In this document: one piece after another, positions 18,001 through 26,168 of the stretch
How positions within the stretch are numbered: position 1 is the stretch's first letter
How the letters are laid out: each line of letters opens with the position of its first letter
Origin: Pseudomonadota bacterium
GTDB lineage: Bacteria > Bdellovibrionota_B > Oligoflexia > Oligoflexales > CAIYRB01
Assembly (NCBI GenBank): GCA_031416315.1
Contig: JANOTL010000118.1
Coordinates: forward strand, 1-40,056
Direction of reading: 5' to 3'
DNA length: 40,056 bases
Program-made: the position numbers and the translations under genes
The notes under the pieces: model-generated
The model's input: only the letters and a program-made list of their open reading frames with translations
What the model was told of the DNA's origin: nothing
Database searches by the model: none

Positions 18001-18065
18001 CGACCGTGGGGCTGGATTACCGCGTCAACGCGGGCTCGAGCGACGTGTTCGTGCTCAAGCTCTGA
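15054..18065 (+). CDS. Multidomain surface lipoprotein: carboxypeptidase-regulatory-like Ig domains, Cys/Asp repeats, C-terminal SBBP-type beta-propeller
   Basis: Lipobox FAAC; TDNLGNFVIAGVP..VRYEHPGY; DADADG..C, DCNDD and DCDD repeats; D..GNVFVAGHFRGTADFD repeats. True start is 15048 or 15054, not 13875. Confidence 0.82.
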   Translation: MRSPRPHILQLFGLVLALGFAACNEPVVTRGATGRKQTAKTETIGATAIKGTLALESDPTNAAALSFAGATIVVSGKPSLQATADAAGAFTLTIEAAPPPSATPVKAAVGGFGLADTASTDAAKAAAAAAAQTTNYTLYAFATLNGAPYAGLSADVPVKKGESTTIGALQLKPTGFVKGRVLLDGQVDFAGTAVSLPLAALSAKTDNLGNFVIAGVPDGAWQVRYEHPGYLTQDSASIAVTTGKATELAVVTLFSATGTSAVVVVNGGLELSPTRAVAVHVEPSPTATLMMTAEDEAFTGAEWRPLQKDFVHTLAGDGKRTLYVKVADDAGTASPVYQAAVWVSDRDKDVKLDAEDCAPDDPTLTQKSPYSLRDADADGKFIAQAGEVCAGTALPTGYLAAPTSDERDCNDDDATVWVIGAAATDFDGDGRGGAQVYVCMGATPPAGHVAAVDDCDDTNPEAWKLVQAFEDVDQDTKGEGESAALCAADELSAGKVLVGGDEFPKDQARSAYLGTLSWGGNSSDQSHAMARLPTGDLLLLGSYAATDASGVDLDWTTGTNVKTKLVGGRNVYVSRMGDDGTYAWSAQWDGGATELEGFGVASDSAGGVYAVGTYEGTLDFDPGAGTSNETSNLVGTTGDAFVVKLTGGGAFDSVITFGGEPEGALTKRFQPRRIIVDANDNIYVAGVYPDATALDPQLLGDVPVSVGATDDGWVGFLLKLDTSLSKVWVHTWGLGVEHDVTGLAVDGDGNVFVAGHFRGTADFDWGAPTDTITSTSGRDAYVMKVAGDGVGTYQWTKRLTPVGGGTVRIRALAADADADVAVAGGFVGDVDFDPSGSVDARHSVDPATDDLFVVKLGATGNKKWIYTAGGSYHDRATSLTIDAQNAVFVGGEVGYGDAPNSGGAIDFDPEAAVDARATRSDGDALALKLGADGSYKWAKTVGAASVAAHTCDDRIDALSFDVTDGEDVRAFGRFGCSTDFDFSTVGLDYRVNAGSSDVFVLKL

Positions 18066-18086
18066 TAATGCGCTAGTCTGGGGGGC

Positions 18087-19691
18087 ATGGCACCCCGAGA
18101 GACCCCCGCCGCTGCACCGACGAAACGAGGCCGCCCCCCGAGCGCCGCCCTCGCCGTTGTCGCAGGAATCTTCGCTTCGCGCGTCTTCGGACTGGTGCGC
18201 GAGCGCGTCTTGGCGCATTTTCTCGGCGCAGGCGAGGCAGCAGGCGCCTATCGCGCGGCGACGCGTATCCCCAACGTCTTGCAGAACCTCTTCGGCGAAG
18301 GCGCGTTGTCGGCCTCCTTCATTCCGGTGTACGCGCGCTTGCTGGCGGAAGGGCGCGAGAAAGAGGCGAAAGAGCTGGCGGGGACCGTGCTCGGACTCCT
18401 CGCCGGCGTCGTCACCCTCTTGACCGCGGCCTTGATCCTGTGCGCCCGGCCGATCGTCCGGTCCTTGACGGCGGGCTTCACGCCGGAGATCCAGGAGCTG
18501 ACGGTCTCCTATGTGATCATTATTCTCCCGGGGATCGCGTTCCTGGTGCTCGCGGCCTGGTGCCTCGGCGTCTTGAACAGCCACCGGCGGTTTTTCACGT
18601 CCTACGCGGCGCCGGTGGCGATGAATCTGGCGGTGATCCTTGCTCTGGTCGGATTCGGCTGGGCGGCGCAAGGGGATCAACACGAGCTCGGGAAGATCGC
18701 GTGCTACGGCACGGTCGCCGGAGCCTTGCTCCAACTCTTGGTGCAAGTGCCGCTGGCGTTGCGGCTGGTCGGACGGGAAGGGCTCCGCTTCCTCCCGTCG
18801 GCCGCGCCCGTGCGCCGCGTGCTCAAAAGCTTCGCGCCCGCGCTGATGAGCCGCGGCGTCGTCCAGATCAGCGCCTACCTCGATCAATGGCTCGCGGGCT
18901 TCCTGGGGCCGTCGGTCTTGGCGGCGACGGGCTACGCGCAGAATCTCTACATGCTGCCGTTCTCCCTGATCAGCACGGCGATCACGGCGACGGAGCTGCC
19001 GGAGATGTCGCGCTCCCTGGCGGGCGATCACGAGACGACGCGCGAGGCGCTGCGAAAGCGGCTCGCGGCCGGGCTCGCACGCGTCGGCTTCTTCATGACG
19101 CCGGCGATCGTCGCGTTCGTCCTGCTCGGCGACGTGGCGATCGCTCTGCTCTATCAGACCGGGCGCTTCACGGCGGAGGACGTGCCGCTCGTGAACGCGG
19201 TGCTTTCGGCCTTGGCGCTGGGGCTCGGCGCGACCTCGCGCACGCGACTCTTGTCCTCGGCGTTTTGGGCGCTGGAGGACACGCGGACGCCGCTCAACTT
19301 CGCAGTGCTGCGGATCTTACTCGCGACGGCCACCGGCTACGCGGTCGTGCAGTGGGCTCGGGAGCGTTTCGGCTTCTCCGTCATGGAGGCGACCTTCGGC
19401 TTCACGCTGGCCTCGTCCTGCGGCGCATGGATCGAGTTCGGTCTGTCGACGCGGGCGCTTCGCGCGCGGATCGGCGCCTTCGGGCAGCCCTGGCGCGATC
19501 TCGCGAAACCTTGGGTCGCGGCGCTCGTGGCGGGTGGGCTCGCGTGGGGACTGGCGGTCGCGATGGCCGCGCTCGGGCCGATCGTGCGCGGAGTCTCGGT
19601 GCTCGGCGTGTTCGGCGCAGTCTACCTCGGGCTTACGACCGCGCTGCGCGTCCCGACGGCGTCCGAGGTGCTTGGGCGTTTTCGCAAGTAG
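18087..19691 (+). CDS. murJ: Lipid II flippase MurJ (MviN)
   Basis: SRVFGLVRE, RIPNVLQNLFGEGALSASFIPVY, many TM helices, LLYQTGRFT, DTRTP. Confidence 0.95.
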   Translation: MAPRETPAAAPTKRGRPPSAALAVVAGIFASRVFGLVRERVLAHFLGAGEAAGAYRAATRIPNVLQNLFGEGALSASFIPVYARLLAEGREKEAKELAGTVLGLLAGVVTLLTAALILCARPIVRSLTAGFTPEIQELTVSYVIIILPGIAFLVLAAWCLGVLNSHRRFFTSYAAPVAMNLAVILALVGFGWAAQGDQHELGKIACYGTVAGALLQLLVQVPLALRLVGREGLRFLPSAAPVRRVLKSFAPALMSRGVVQISAYLDQWLAGFLGPSVLAATGYAQNLYMLPFSLISTAITATELPEMSRSLAGDHETTREALRKRLAAGLARVGFFMTPAIVAFVLLGDVAIALLYQTGRFTAEDVPLVNAVLSALALGLGATSRTRLLSSAFWALEDTRTPLNFAVLRILLATATGYAVVQWARERFGFSVMEATFGFTLASSCGAWIEFGLSTRALRARIGAFGQPWRDLAKPWVAALVAGGLAWGLAVAMAALGPIVRGVSVLGVFGAVYLGLTTALRVPTASEVLGRFRK

Positions 19692-19745
19692 AGGCAGGAT
19701 TCCCTGGCTTTCCCGAGCCCGCCCGAAAGCGGCCGGCGGGCGCGT

Positions 19746-19772
19746 TCAGCTCTGCTTGTAAGCCGCCGATAA
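19746..19772 (+). promoter_or_regulatory. sigma28-type promoter for pilT, probably leaderless
   Basis: Perfect -10 GCCGATAA (19765-19772); weaker -35 TCAGC at N14; ATG 8 nt downstream with no RBS. Confidence 0.55.
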
Positions 19773-19780
19773 CATTGGCG

Positions 19781-22054
19781 ATGGAGCAGCTGAAGAAAAT
19801 CCTGAGGCAGGCCTTGGCCAGCGACGCGCAGAAGCTGCGCTTGGCGTCGGGCGCGCACATCGAAGTGACGAGCGCCTTGGGAACGCAGCAGTTCGCGGCG
19901 GAGACGCCGGTCGACGACGCGTATCTCCACAAGCTCTTCGGTTTCTTGTTTCCGAACGAGAAACCGCAGATCGCGCAGCGACAAGTGGTGAAAGGTCAGC
20001 TGGCGATCCCGAACGTCGGCCGGCTCTTGCTCATCGGGCAGCCGCAATCGCCATCCGCCCTCATGATCTACGTCGGACCGCAGGGCCAGCAGCACTTCGA
20101 CGCCGACTGGGCGCGGATGCAGAGCCGGACCGTGGCGACGCCAGCGGAGGCGGCGCCGGTCGCGATGCGCGCGCCGATGGCGCCCGTAGGCTTCATTCCC
20201 GCAGGAATGGGGGACATGGGTGGGGGCGTGGCGCCGATGGCGCAGCAGCCGCAGCAGCAGCAGCAGCCATCACCGCAGATGGGTGGCGGCTTCCCGGCGA
20301 TGACGAGCTTGCCTTTTCCGGGCGGAGCGCCTCAAGGTGCGGCCCAGCCGCCGCAGCCCATGGGCGGTCTGCCGCCGATGACGAGCTTGCCGTTTCCGGG
20401 CGCGGCGCAGCAGCAGCAGCAGCAGCAGCAGCCGCATCAACATCAAGCGCCGATGACGAGTCTGCCCTTCCCCGGCGCCGCGCCGATGGGCGTACCGCAG
20501 CAACAGCAACAGCAACAGCAGCAGCTGCAGCAGCAAGCCCCGATGACGAGCCTGCCATTCCTCGGGGCTGCGCCGGCGCCGCAGTTACCCGACCTCGCGC
20601 AAGGCCCCGGCCCGCAAATGGGCGGCATGCTGCCCTTTCCGAGCGCGGCGCCAGCGCCTATGCCTGCACCCGCCCCGCAGATGGGCGGCATGCCGTTTTC
20701 CACGGCGCCGATGGCTCATGCGCCGTTTCCTGATCCGATTCCGTCGCCGCATTATGCCGGGGGCGGCGGCGGTTCCGCGCCGAAGAGCTTCGATCAAATC
20801 GAGATCGACTACTCCCCTCCTCCCGCGCGTCACGCATCCGGCGGCGGCTCCCATGGCGCCGCGCCGGCAGACGACGGGCCAATTCACATCGAGTTCTCTG
20901 CCGACAACGGCGCCGTCGACGTCAGCACGGGCAAGAACCCGATCGACCCGATCCTCATCGACATGGTGAAGCGCCGCGCCAGCGACCTTCACATGACCTG
21001 CGGCGAGCCGTATTGCTACCGCGTCGACGGCGAGATCCAGCGCATCGGCCAAGGCGCGGTGGGCCCCGACCAGATGGAGGTCTACCTCCTGCCAATGATG
21101 CCAGAGCGAAACCAGCGCGAGTTCATGAAGATCAACGACACGGACTTCGCCTACGAGATCAAGGGTGTCGGCCGCTTCCGGGTCAACGTCTTCCGCGACA
21201 AGAACGGCGTCGGCACGGTGATGCGCCACATCCCTTCGAAGATCCTGACCGCCGAGCAGCTGGGCCTCCCGCCGGCGATCACCAAGTTCTGCGCCCTCAC
21301 CAAAGGCCTCGTCGTCGTCACGGGCCCGACCGGCTCGGGCAAGTCGACGACGCTGGCCGCGATGGTCGACCTGATCAACAAGCAGCGCCACGACCACATC
21401 CTCACGGTCGAGGATCCGATCGAATTCGTGCACACGCAGCAAAAGTGCCTCGTGAACCAGCGCGAGGTGCACCGGCACACGGGGTCCTTCTCCCGCGCGC
21501 TGAAAGCGGCGCTGCGCGAAGATCCGGATATCGTGCTCGTCGGCGAGATGCGAGACCTCGAGACGGTCGCGATCGCGATCGAGACGGCGGAGACCGGGCA
21601 CTTGGTCTTTGGCACTTTGCACACGAACACGGCGGTGTCGACGGTCGACCGGATCGTGCAGCAGTTTCCGCACGAGCAGCAGGAAGCGATCCGCATGATG
21701 CTGGCGTCCTCGTTGAAAGGCGTCGTCGCGCAGACCCTGCTGAAGAAGAAGGGTGGCGGACGCGTCGCGGCGCACGAGATTCTGGTCGTGAACGACGCCG
21801 TTTCCGCGATGATCCGGGAGGGAAAAAATCACATGATCCCGAACCACATGCAAACGCAGAAGGTGGACGGGAATCTGATGTTGACGGAGTCTTTGGCGAA
21901 GCTGGTCAAAGATGGGGTCGTGGACGTCGAGGAAGCGCTCAGGAAAGCGGTCGACAAGGTGAGCATGATGGAGTCGTTGAAGCGGCTCGGGATTCGGTTC
22001 GCGGATCCGAATGCGGGCGTGGCGCCGGTGCAGCCGGGGCGGCGGCCGGCTTGA
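19781..22054 (+). CDS. pilT: PilT-family type IV pilus retraction ATPase with long N-terminal extension (757 aa)
   Basis: ASDLH, GRFRVNVF, GPTGSGKSTT, EDPIEF, ALREDPDIVLVGEMRD, TGHLVFGTLHT. Start ATG 19781; the track start 18440 overlaps murJ. Confidence 0.92.
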   Translation: MEQLKKILRQALASDAQKLRLASGAHIEVTSALGTQQFAAETPVDDAYLHKLFGFLFPNEKPQIAQRQVVKGQLAIPNVGRLLLIGQPQSPSALMIYVGPQGQQHFDADWARMQSRTVATPAEAAPVAMRAPMAPVGFIPAGMGDMGGGVAPMAQQPQQQQQPSPQMGGGFPAMTSLPFPGGAPQGAAQPPQPMGGLPPMTSLPFPGAAQQQQQQQQPHQHQAPMTSLPFPGAAPMGVPQQQQQQQQQLQQQAPMTSLPFLGAAPAPQLPDLAQGPGPQMGGMLPFPSAAPAPMPAPAPQMGGMPFSTAPMAHAPFPDPIPSPHYAGGGGGSAPKSFDQIEIDYSPPPARHASGGGSHGAAPADDGPIHIEFSADNGAVDVSTGKNPIDPILIDMVKRRASDLHMTCGEPYCYRVDGEIQRIGQGAVGPDQMEVYLLPMMPERNQREFMKINDTDFAYEIKGVGRFRVNVFRDKNGVGTVMRHIPSKILTAEQLGLPPAITKFCALTKGLVVVTGPTGSGKSTTLAAMVDLINKQRHDHILTVEDPIEFVHTQQKCLVNQREVHRHTGSFSRALKAALREDPDIVLVGEMRDLETVAIAIETAETGHLVFGTLHTNTAVSTVDRIVQQFPHEQQEAIRMMLASSLKGVVAQTLLKKKGGGRVAAHEILVVNDAVSAMIREGKNHMIPNHMQTQKVDGNLMLTESLAKLVKDGVVDVEEALRKAVDKVSMMESLKRLGIRFADPNAGVAPVQPGRRPA
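20240..20700 (+). repeat. Intragenic repeats: 4x MTSLPF(P/L)G separated by Gln-rich/poly-Gln tracts, including pure (CAG)8
   Basis: Unit ATGs at 20300, 20378, 20453 and 20543; (CAG)8 at 20408-20431; two degenerate QMGGM(L)PF units follow. Confidence 0.9.
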
Positions 22055-22073
22055 GCGGCGAAACGATCTGCAG

Positions 22074-23246
22074 TTAAGGTAAAGCTCGGGCGAGCAGCGC
22101 CACACCGTTCCCACCCATGATCTTCCCGACCTGCAACTCGCTAAAGCCGTCCTTCAGCAAAGCCTCCGTGATCAAAGGCATCCCCCGCGCATCGAACGGC
22201 GCCGTGATCGTCCCGTCGAAATCCGATCCCAAGGCCACGTGGTCTACGCCGATCAAATTCGCGGTGTAACGGATCGCCTTTACGATCGCGGCGGCATCGA
22301 TCCCGCACGTCGCCGTATCCCAAAAGCCGATCGCCACCAAGCCGCCGCCGGCCGCGACCTTCCTGAGCTGCGCATCGGTCAGATTCCGCGGATTGTCGCA
22401 AGTCCCTGCGACGCCCGTATGCGAGACCACGACCGGTCTCGTCGCCATCGCGAGCACTTCCTCCATCAACTTCGGCGAGGCGTGCGCCAGGTCGATGATG
22501 ATCTTCTTCGCCTCGAGCCGCCGCACGTACTCACGCCCGAGCTCGGTCAGTCCCCCTTTGGCGATGCCGTGCGCCGAGCCGCCGAGGCCGTTGTCGAAGA
22601 AATGAGCGGGCGCCATCATGCGCAGGCCGGCGTCGAAAAGCACGTCGATGTTCTTCAGGTCGTCTTCCAGCGCGTGCGAGCCTTCGAGCCCCAGAATCCC
22701 GGAGACCAGGCTGGGATCGACTTCCCGCCGCGCGAGAAACGCCGTCAGATCCGCCTGCGTGCGCAGGATCTTGAATTTGCCGGCGGAGCGCCGCTCCGAG
22801 TCCTCGAGGCGACCCGCCTGGAGCAAGGCCCGTTGCAAGAGGGAGCCCCACGCCTTCAGCGGCCACCGCTGCGCCGCGACCAAGAGCGAGATGTCGTCGG
22901 TGTCTTCAGCATTGCCGTCGAGCCCCGCGAGCCGCGGCACCTTGGTCACGATCGTGAACGCCTGGATCGCGACGCCGCCTTCCCGCAGCCGCGGCACGTC
23001 GACGTGGCCCGCTTCATGGCGACCCAAGACGTCCCGGTTCCAAAGCAAGGCGTCGGAATGCCAGTCGACGACCGTGAGCGAGCGATGCAAGCGCTCCGCC
23101 TCGACGTCGACTCGAGGCAGATCTTTGACCTGAACGCCGTTCAGGAGGAGGTCCGCCAAAGGGGCCAAGCCGGTGAAGAAGAACACCGCAAAGAGCGCGG
23201 CGAAAACGCCGAAGCCGATGCCAAGCCGCTTTACGATGCGCCCCAA
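22074..23246 (-). CDS. Membrane dipeptidase, peptidase M19, with N-terminal TM anchor
   Basis: DWHSD, GHVDVPRL, GLEGSH, IDLAH, SHTG, RNLTD, HVALGSDFDG. Start is TTG 23246 or ATG 23270. Confidence 0.9.
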   Translation of the reverse strand: MGRIVKRLGIGFGVFAALFAVFFFTGLAPLADLLLNGVQVKDLPRVDVEAERLHRSLTVVDWHSDALLWNRDVLGRHEAGHVDVPRLREGGVAIQAFTIVTKVPRLAGLDGNAEDTDDISLLVAAQRWPLKAWGSLLQRALLQAGRLEDSERRSAGKFKILRTQADLTAFLARREVDPSLVSGILGLEGSHALEDDLKNIDVLFDAGLRMMAPAHFFDNGLGGSAHGIAKGGLTELGREYVRRLEAKKIIIDLAHASPKLMEEVLAMATRPVVVSHTGVAGTCDNPRNLTDAQLRKVAAGGGLVAIGFWDTATCGIDAAAIVKAIRYTANLIGVDHVALGSDFDGTITAPFDARGMPLITEALLKDGFSELQVGKIMGGNGVALLARALP

Positions 23247-24718
23247 AGGTCCGTCTCCGCTCGCACGCATTGGAAGAGCGCATTGAACGGCGCGCCCGTC
23301 GCGCCGTAGTGCGCGCCCGGATAGTCGCCGCTCCAGTTCCACGTCGTCGCGAAGATGTCGAGGTGCACGATCGGCTTCACCGCGAACTCCTTCAGGAAGT
23401 GCGCGGCGACGTTCGAGCCGCCACCCATGCTGCTGTGCGAAGGCATGCGCCCCATGTTGGTAAGGTCGGCCGCGTTCGTCCGGTTGCCGTTGAGGAAGGG
23501 CAGAAACTCGCCCCAGAAGCTGAACTCCTCGCCGAACTGCCGCCCTGCCGCGGTCAAGGCGTCGCGGAACCGGTCGGAGGCGAAGTGCACGGCGGTGAAG
23601 TAGTTGGTGAACTGGCGAAGCGAGGCCGTCGTCAAGGTCGCCGCGATCAAGGTCAGCTTCGGATCCCAGCGCTTCTGAGTGTAATTCAGCGCGTCGGCGA
23701 GGATCAGACGGCCCTCGGCGTCGGTATGCTCGATGATGACGTTCTTCCCGGCGTAGCTCTTGATGATCGCGCCCGGCTTCATCGCCCGCGAGTCGATCAA
23801 GTTCTCGCAGCACGGAATCGCGAGCGCCAAAGGTCCGGGATAGCCGGTCTCGACGAGGGCCATGAACAGCTGGATCATCAACCCGGCGCCGCCCATGTCG
23901 TTCTTCATGCAGTTGACGAAGCTCTCGTGCGGCTTCAGGTTGATGCCGCCGGTGTCGAAGGTGATGCCCTTGCCGACGAGGAGAAGCGGCTTACTGCCCG
24001 GCTTGACGTTGTGGGTGGCGAGATGAAGCCGCGACGGCGAGCGGTCGCTCGCCTGACCGACCGCGAGCAGCAGGTTCATGCCGAGCTCTTCGAGCTTGGC
24101 GACGTCGAAGGATTCGAAGCTCGCGCCATGCGCTTTGCAGAAGGCCTCGAGACGGCTGCCGAGCTCGAGGGAGGTCAGCTGGTCCGGATTTTCGTTCACC
24201 CAGGCACGAAAGCCGAGCTGATGCGTGAGCCGCGACTTGTAGTGCGGATCCTGCTCTTTGAGGCGCGCCACGTCCGGCGTGAGGAGGCGCATCGCCTTTA
24301 AGGCCGAAGTCTCGTAGCGCGAAGACATCGTCTTCGTCAGCAGGTCCTCCGCCATGACGACCTCGGCGGCGCCGGCGCCGGCCTCGAGGAAGACGGCGAT
24401 CTTCTTCAGGTTGAACTGCGTGCCGAGAGTCGCGGTCAGCCGTGCCAGCACCCAGCGCCGCTCCAGGGCGTTCGCGCCCGATCCCGTCCATTCGACGACG
24501 ACGTAAGGCGAGACGCCGGGCTTGAGGAAGCCGAAGTGGAGGCTCGCATAGTGCTGGGCCTGCCGCATGCCGGCGACCGAGGTGTCGAGCAGGCCGCGAA
24601 TCCAGGCGGAGCGCTCGGTGCGGGCTTTGCCCGGAGCGCCAAGCACGATCAGGAGCTCGTCCGCGGCGACGTCGGGGACCTGGTCGGGGACCGTCAGGAG
24701 CTCGGGAATCAGCAACAT
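23231..24718 (-). CDS. Leucyl aminopeptidase, M17 family (divergent)
   Basis: VGKGITFDTGG, MKNDMGGA, CENL..AMKPG, HTDAEGRLILADAL, HLDI. Confidence 0.9.
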   Translation of the reverse strand: MLLIPELLTVPDQVPDVAADELLIVLGAPGKARTERSAWIRGLLDTSVAGMRQAQHYASLHFGFLKPGVSPYVVVEWTGSGANALERRWVLARLTATLGTQFNLKKIAVFLEAGAGAAEVVMAEDLLTKTMSSRYETSALKAMRLLTPDVARLKEQDPHYKSRLTHQLGFRAWVNENPDQLTSLELGSRLEAFCKAHGASFESFDVAKLEELGMNLLLAVGQASDRSPSRLHLATHNVKPGSKPLLLVGKGITFDTGGINLKPHESFVNCMKNDMGGAGLMIQLFMALVETGYPGPLALAIPCCENLIDSRAMKPGAIIKSYAGKNVIIEHTDAEGRLILADALNYTQKRWDPKLTLIAATLTTASLRQFTNYFTAVHFASDRFRDALTAAGRQFGEEFSFWGEFLPFLNGNRTNAADLTNMGRMPSHSSMGGGSNVAAHFLKEFAVKPIVHLDIFATTWNWSGDYPGAHYGATGAPFNALFQCVRAETDLWGAS

Positions 24719-24723
24719 GGTCT

Positions 24724-25524
24724 CTAGGTCCTTTTTCGCGCCGCCGCCGCGGCGAGAAACTCCTCGAGAATCGGCCCGGAGCGCGCCAGATCGGTGTTCC
24801 GGCGATCATGCCACTCCGGATGCCATTGCACAGCAAAAAGATAGGGCGCCGCGTGCCCGCCGGCGCGCGCCTTCCAGCGCACGGCCTCGACGAGCCCGTC
24901 TTCGGCGCAGCGCGCCTCAACTGTAAGATCGGTCGCCAGGTCTTTGATCCCTTGGTGGTGGACGCTGTTGATCGAGCTCGGAACGGAGGCGCCGTACATC
25001 CGCGCCAGCCCGCTCCCCTTCTCGATCCGGACGCCGTGCACGTTGGCATCGTACGCTTCCCAGTTCCGGTGCACGACCGCGCCTTCCACCTGCGTCTCGA
25101 TGTCCTGAAAGAGCGAGCCGCCGAGCGCGACGTTCATCACCTGGAGGCCGCGGCAAATGCCGAGCAACGGCTTGTCGGCGGCCAAACAAGCGCGCACGAG
25201 CCCGATGTCGTAAGCGTCGCGGTGCGGATCGCCCGACCACTCGGGCCTGAGTGGCGTCTCGCCGTAGTTGCCCGGCGATACGTCGCTGCCGCCGGTCATG
25301 ACGACGCCGTCGAGCTCGGCGATGAAGTCGGCGAGCTTAGCGCCCCCCACGACGCTCTCCGACGGCAGGAGGCAGGCGAGCGCGCCGCTCTCCAAGACCC
25401 AGTGGAACATCGACTCCTCGGCGTAGAGGAGGCGCTTCCCCTTGAACAAAGGCCGCGCGGGATCGGGGTGCATCATGCTCGTCGAGAGCCCGATCCTGAG
25501 CGGCCTTTTCCGCGCCTCACTCAT
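24724..25524 (-). CDS. Gamma-glutamyl-gamma-aminobutyrate hydrolase family (peptidase C26, PuuD-like)
   Basis: GGSDVSP..YG, GICRGLQVMNVALGGSL, NSVHHQG, VQWHPE. Confidence 0.92.
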   Translation of the reverse strand: MSEARKRPLRIGLSTSMMHPDPARPLFKGKRLLYAEESMFHWVLESGALACLLPSESVVGGAKLADFIAELDGVVMTGGSDVSPGNYGETPLRPEWSGDPHRDAYDIGLVRACLAADKPLLGICRGLQVMNVALGGSLFQDIETQVEGAVVHRNWEAYDANVHGVRIEKGSGLARMYGASVPSSINSVHHQGIKDLATDLTVEARCAEDGLVEAVRWKARAGGHAAPYLFAVQWHPEWHDRRNTDLARSGPILEEFLAAAAARKRT

Positions 25525-26161
25525 CGCCGTCCTCGTTCCTCGCCCACATGATGGCGCGAACCCAAGCCTGGGCGATCAGGAGGTGGATCTTCTCCTCGAG
25601 CTCCGGCTTGTTCGTGCCCTTAGCGAGCTTGCGCATATTGGTCGCGGCCTCGATGAGGCGGTTTTTCAGCCGCGTCGGCGAGTCGCCGTATTTGCCTTTC
25701 TTCGCGAGGGACTTGGCGCTCGCCTCGAAGACGCCCGCGACCGCCACGAGCTCCTTCGCGACGTTCGACGGGACCTTCGTCTTCTGGCCCTTCGGCGTGG
25801 CGGCCAGCACTTTGAGCAGCTCGCCGCGCACCTTCATGTATTCGTACCGCGCGGAGACGATCGCGTTGTAGTCGTCCATGAGGTCTCTTTTCACGCCCGA
25901 GACGACCAGGATGTCACCGAGATCCGCGAGCTTCACGGCGCCGCCCGCCGCGACCGCCTTCGCGTCCGCGAGCTTGTTGTGCTTCACGATCAGCAGCTCG
26001 TAGTGCGGGCTGCCGTAGAAGTCGCGCGCGACGTCGGCGAGCTTCTCGTTCGCTTTCAGGACGCGCGTCTTTTCCTCGACGAGGCCGTCCTTGGCGAAGA
26101 CCCGCGCCGGCAGGGCCGACGCGAGTCCCAGGAGCAAGATCGTCAGAAGTCGTCGTCGCAA
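25517..26161 (-). CDS. Exported protein with LysM-like domain
   Basis: TTG start after GAGG; signal peptide (VFA); VLKANEKLADVARDFYGSP..IVKHNKLADAKAVAAGGAVKL fits the LysM pattern. Confidence 0.65.
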   Translation of the reverse strand: MRRRLLTILLLGLASALPARVFAKDGLVEEKTRVLKANEKLADVARDFYGSPHYELLIVKHNKLADAKAVAAGGAVKLADLGDILVVSGVKRDLMDDYNAIVSARYEYMKVRGELLKVLAATPKGQKTKVPSNVAKELVAVAGVFEASAKSLAKKGKYGDSPTRLKNRLIEAATNMRKLAKGTNKPELEEKIHLLIAQAWVRAIMWARNEDGDE

Positions 26162-26168
26162 GCTATCC

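Noticed and set aside
19717..19741. GC hairpin after murJ
   Set aside because: 7-bp stem, long loop and no U tract; could be chance in high-GC DNA.
18440..19780. Apparent 1204-aa PilT overlapping murJ
   Set aside because: Arg-rich off-frame reading of murJ; the real start is 19781.
20290..20570. Spaced ~27-nt DNA repeats resembling a CRISPR array
   Set aside because: In-frame coding repeats with synonymous variation and low-complexity spacers; no cas genes.
23271..23813. N-terminal extension of the dipeptidase ORF
   Set aside because: Alternative frame within the M17 gene.
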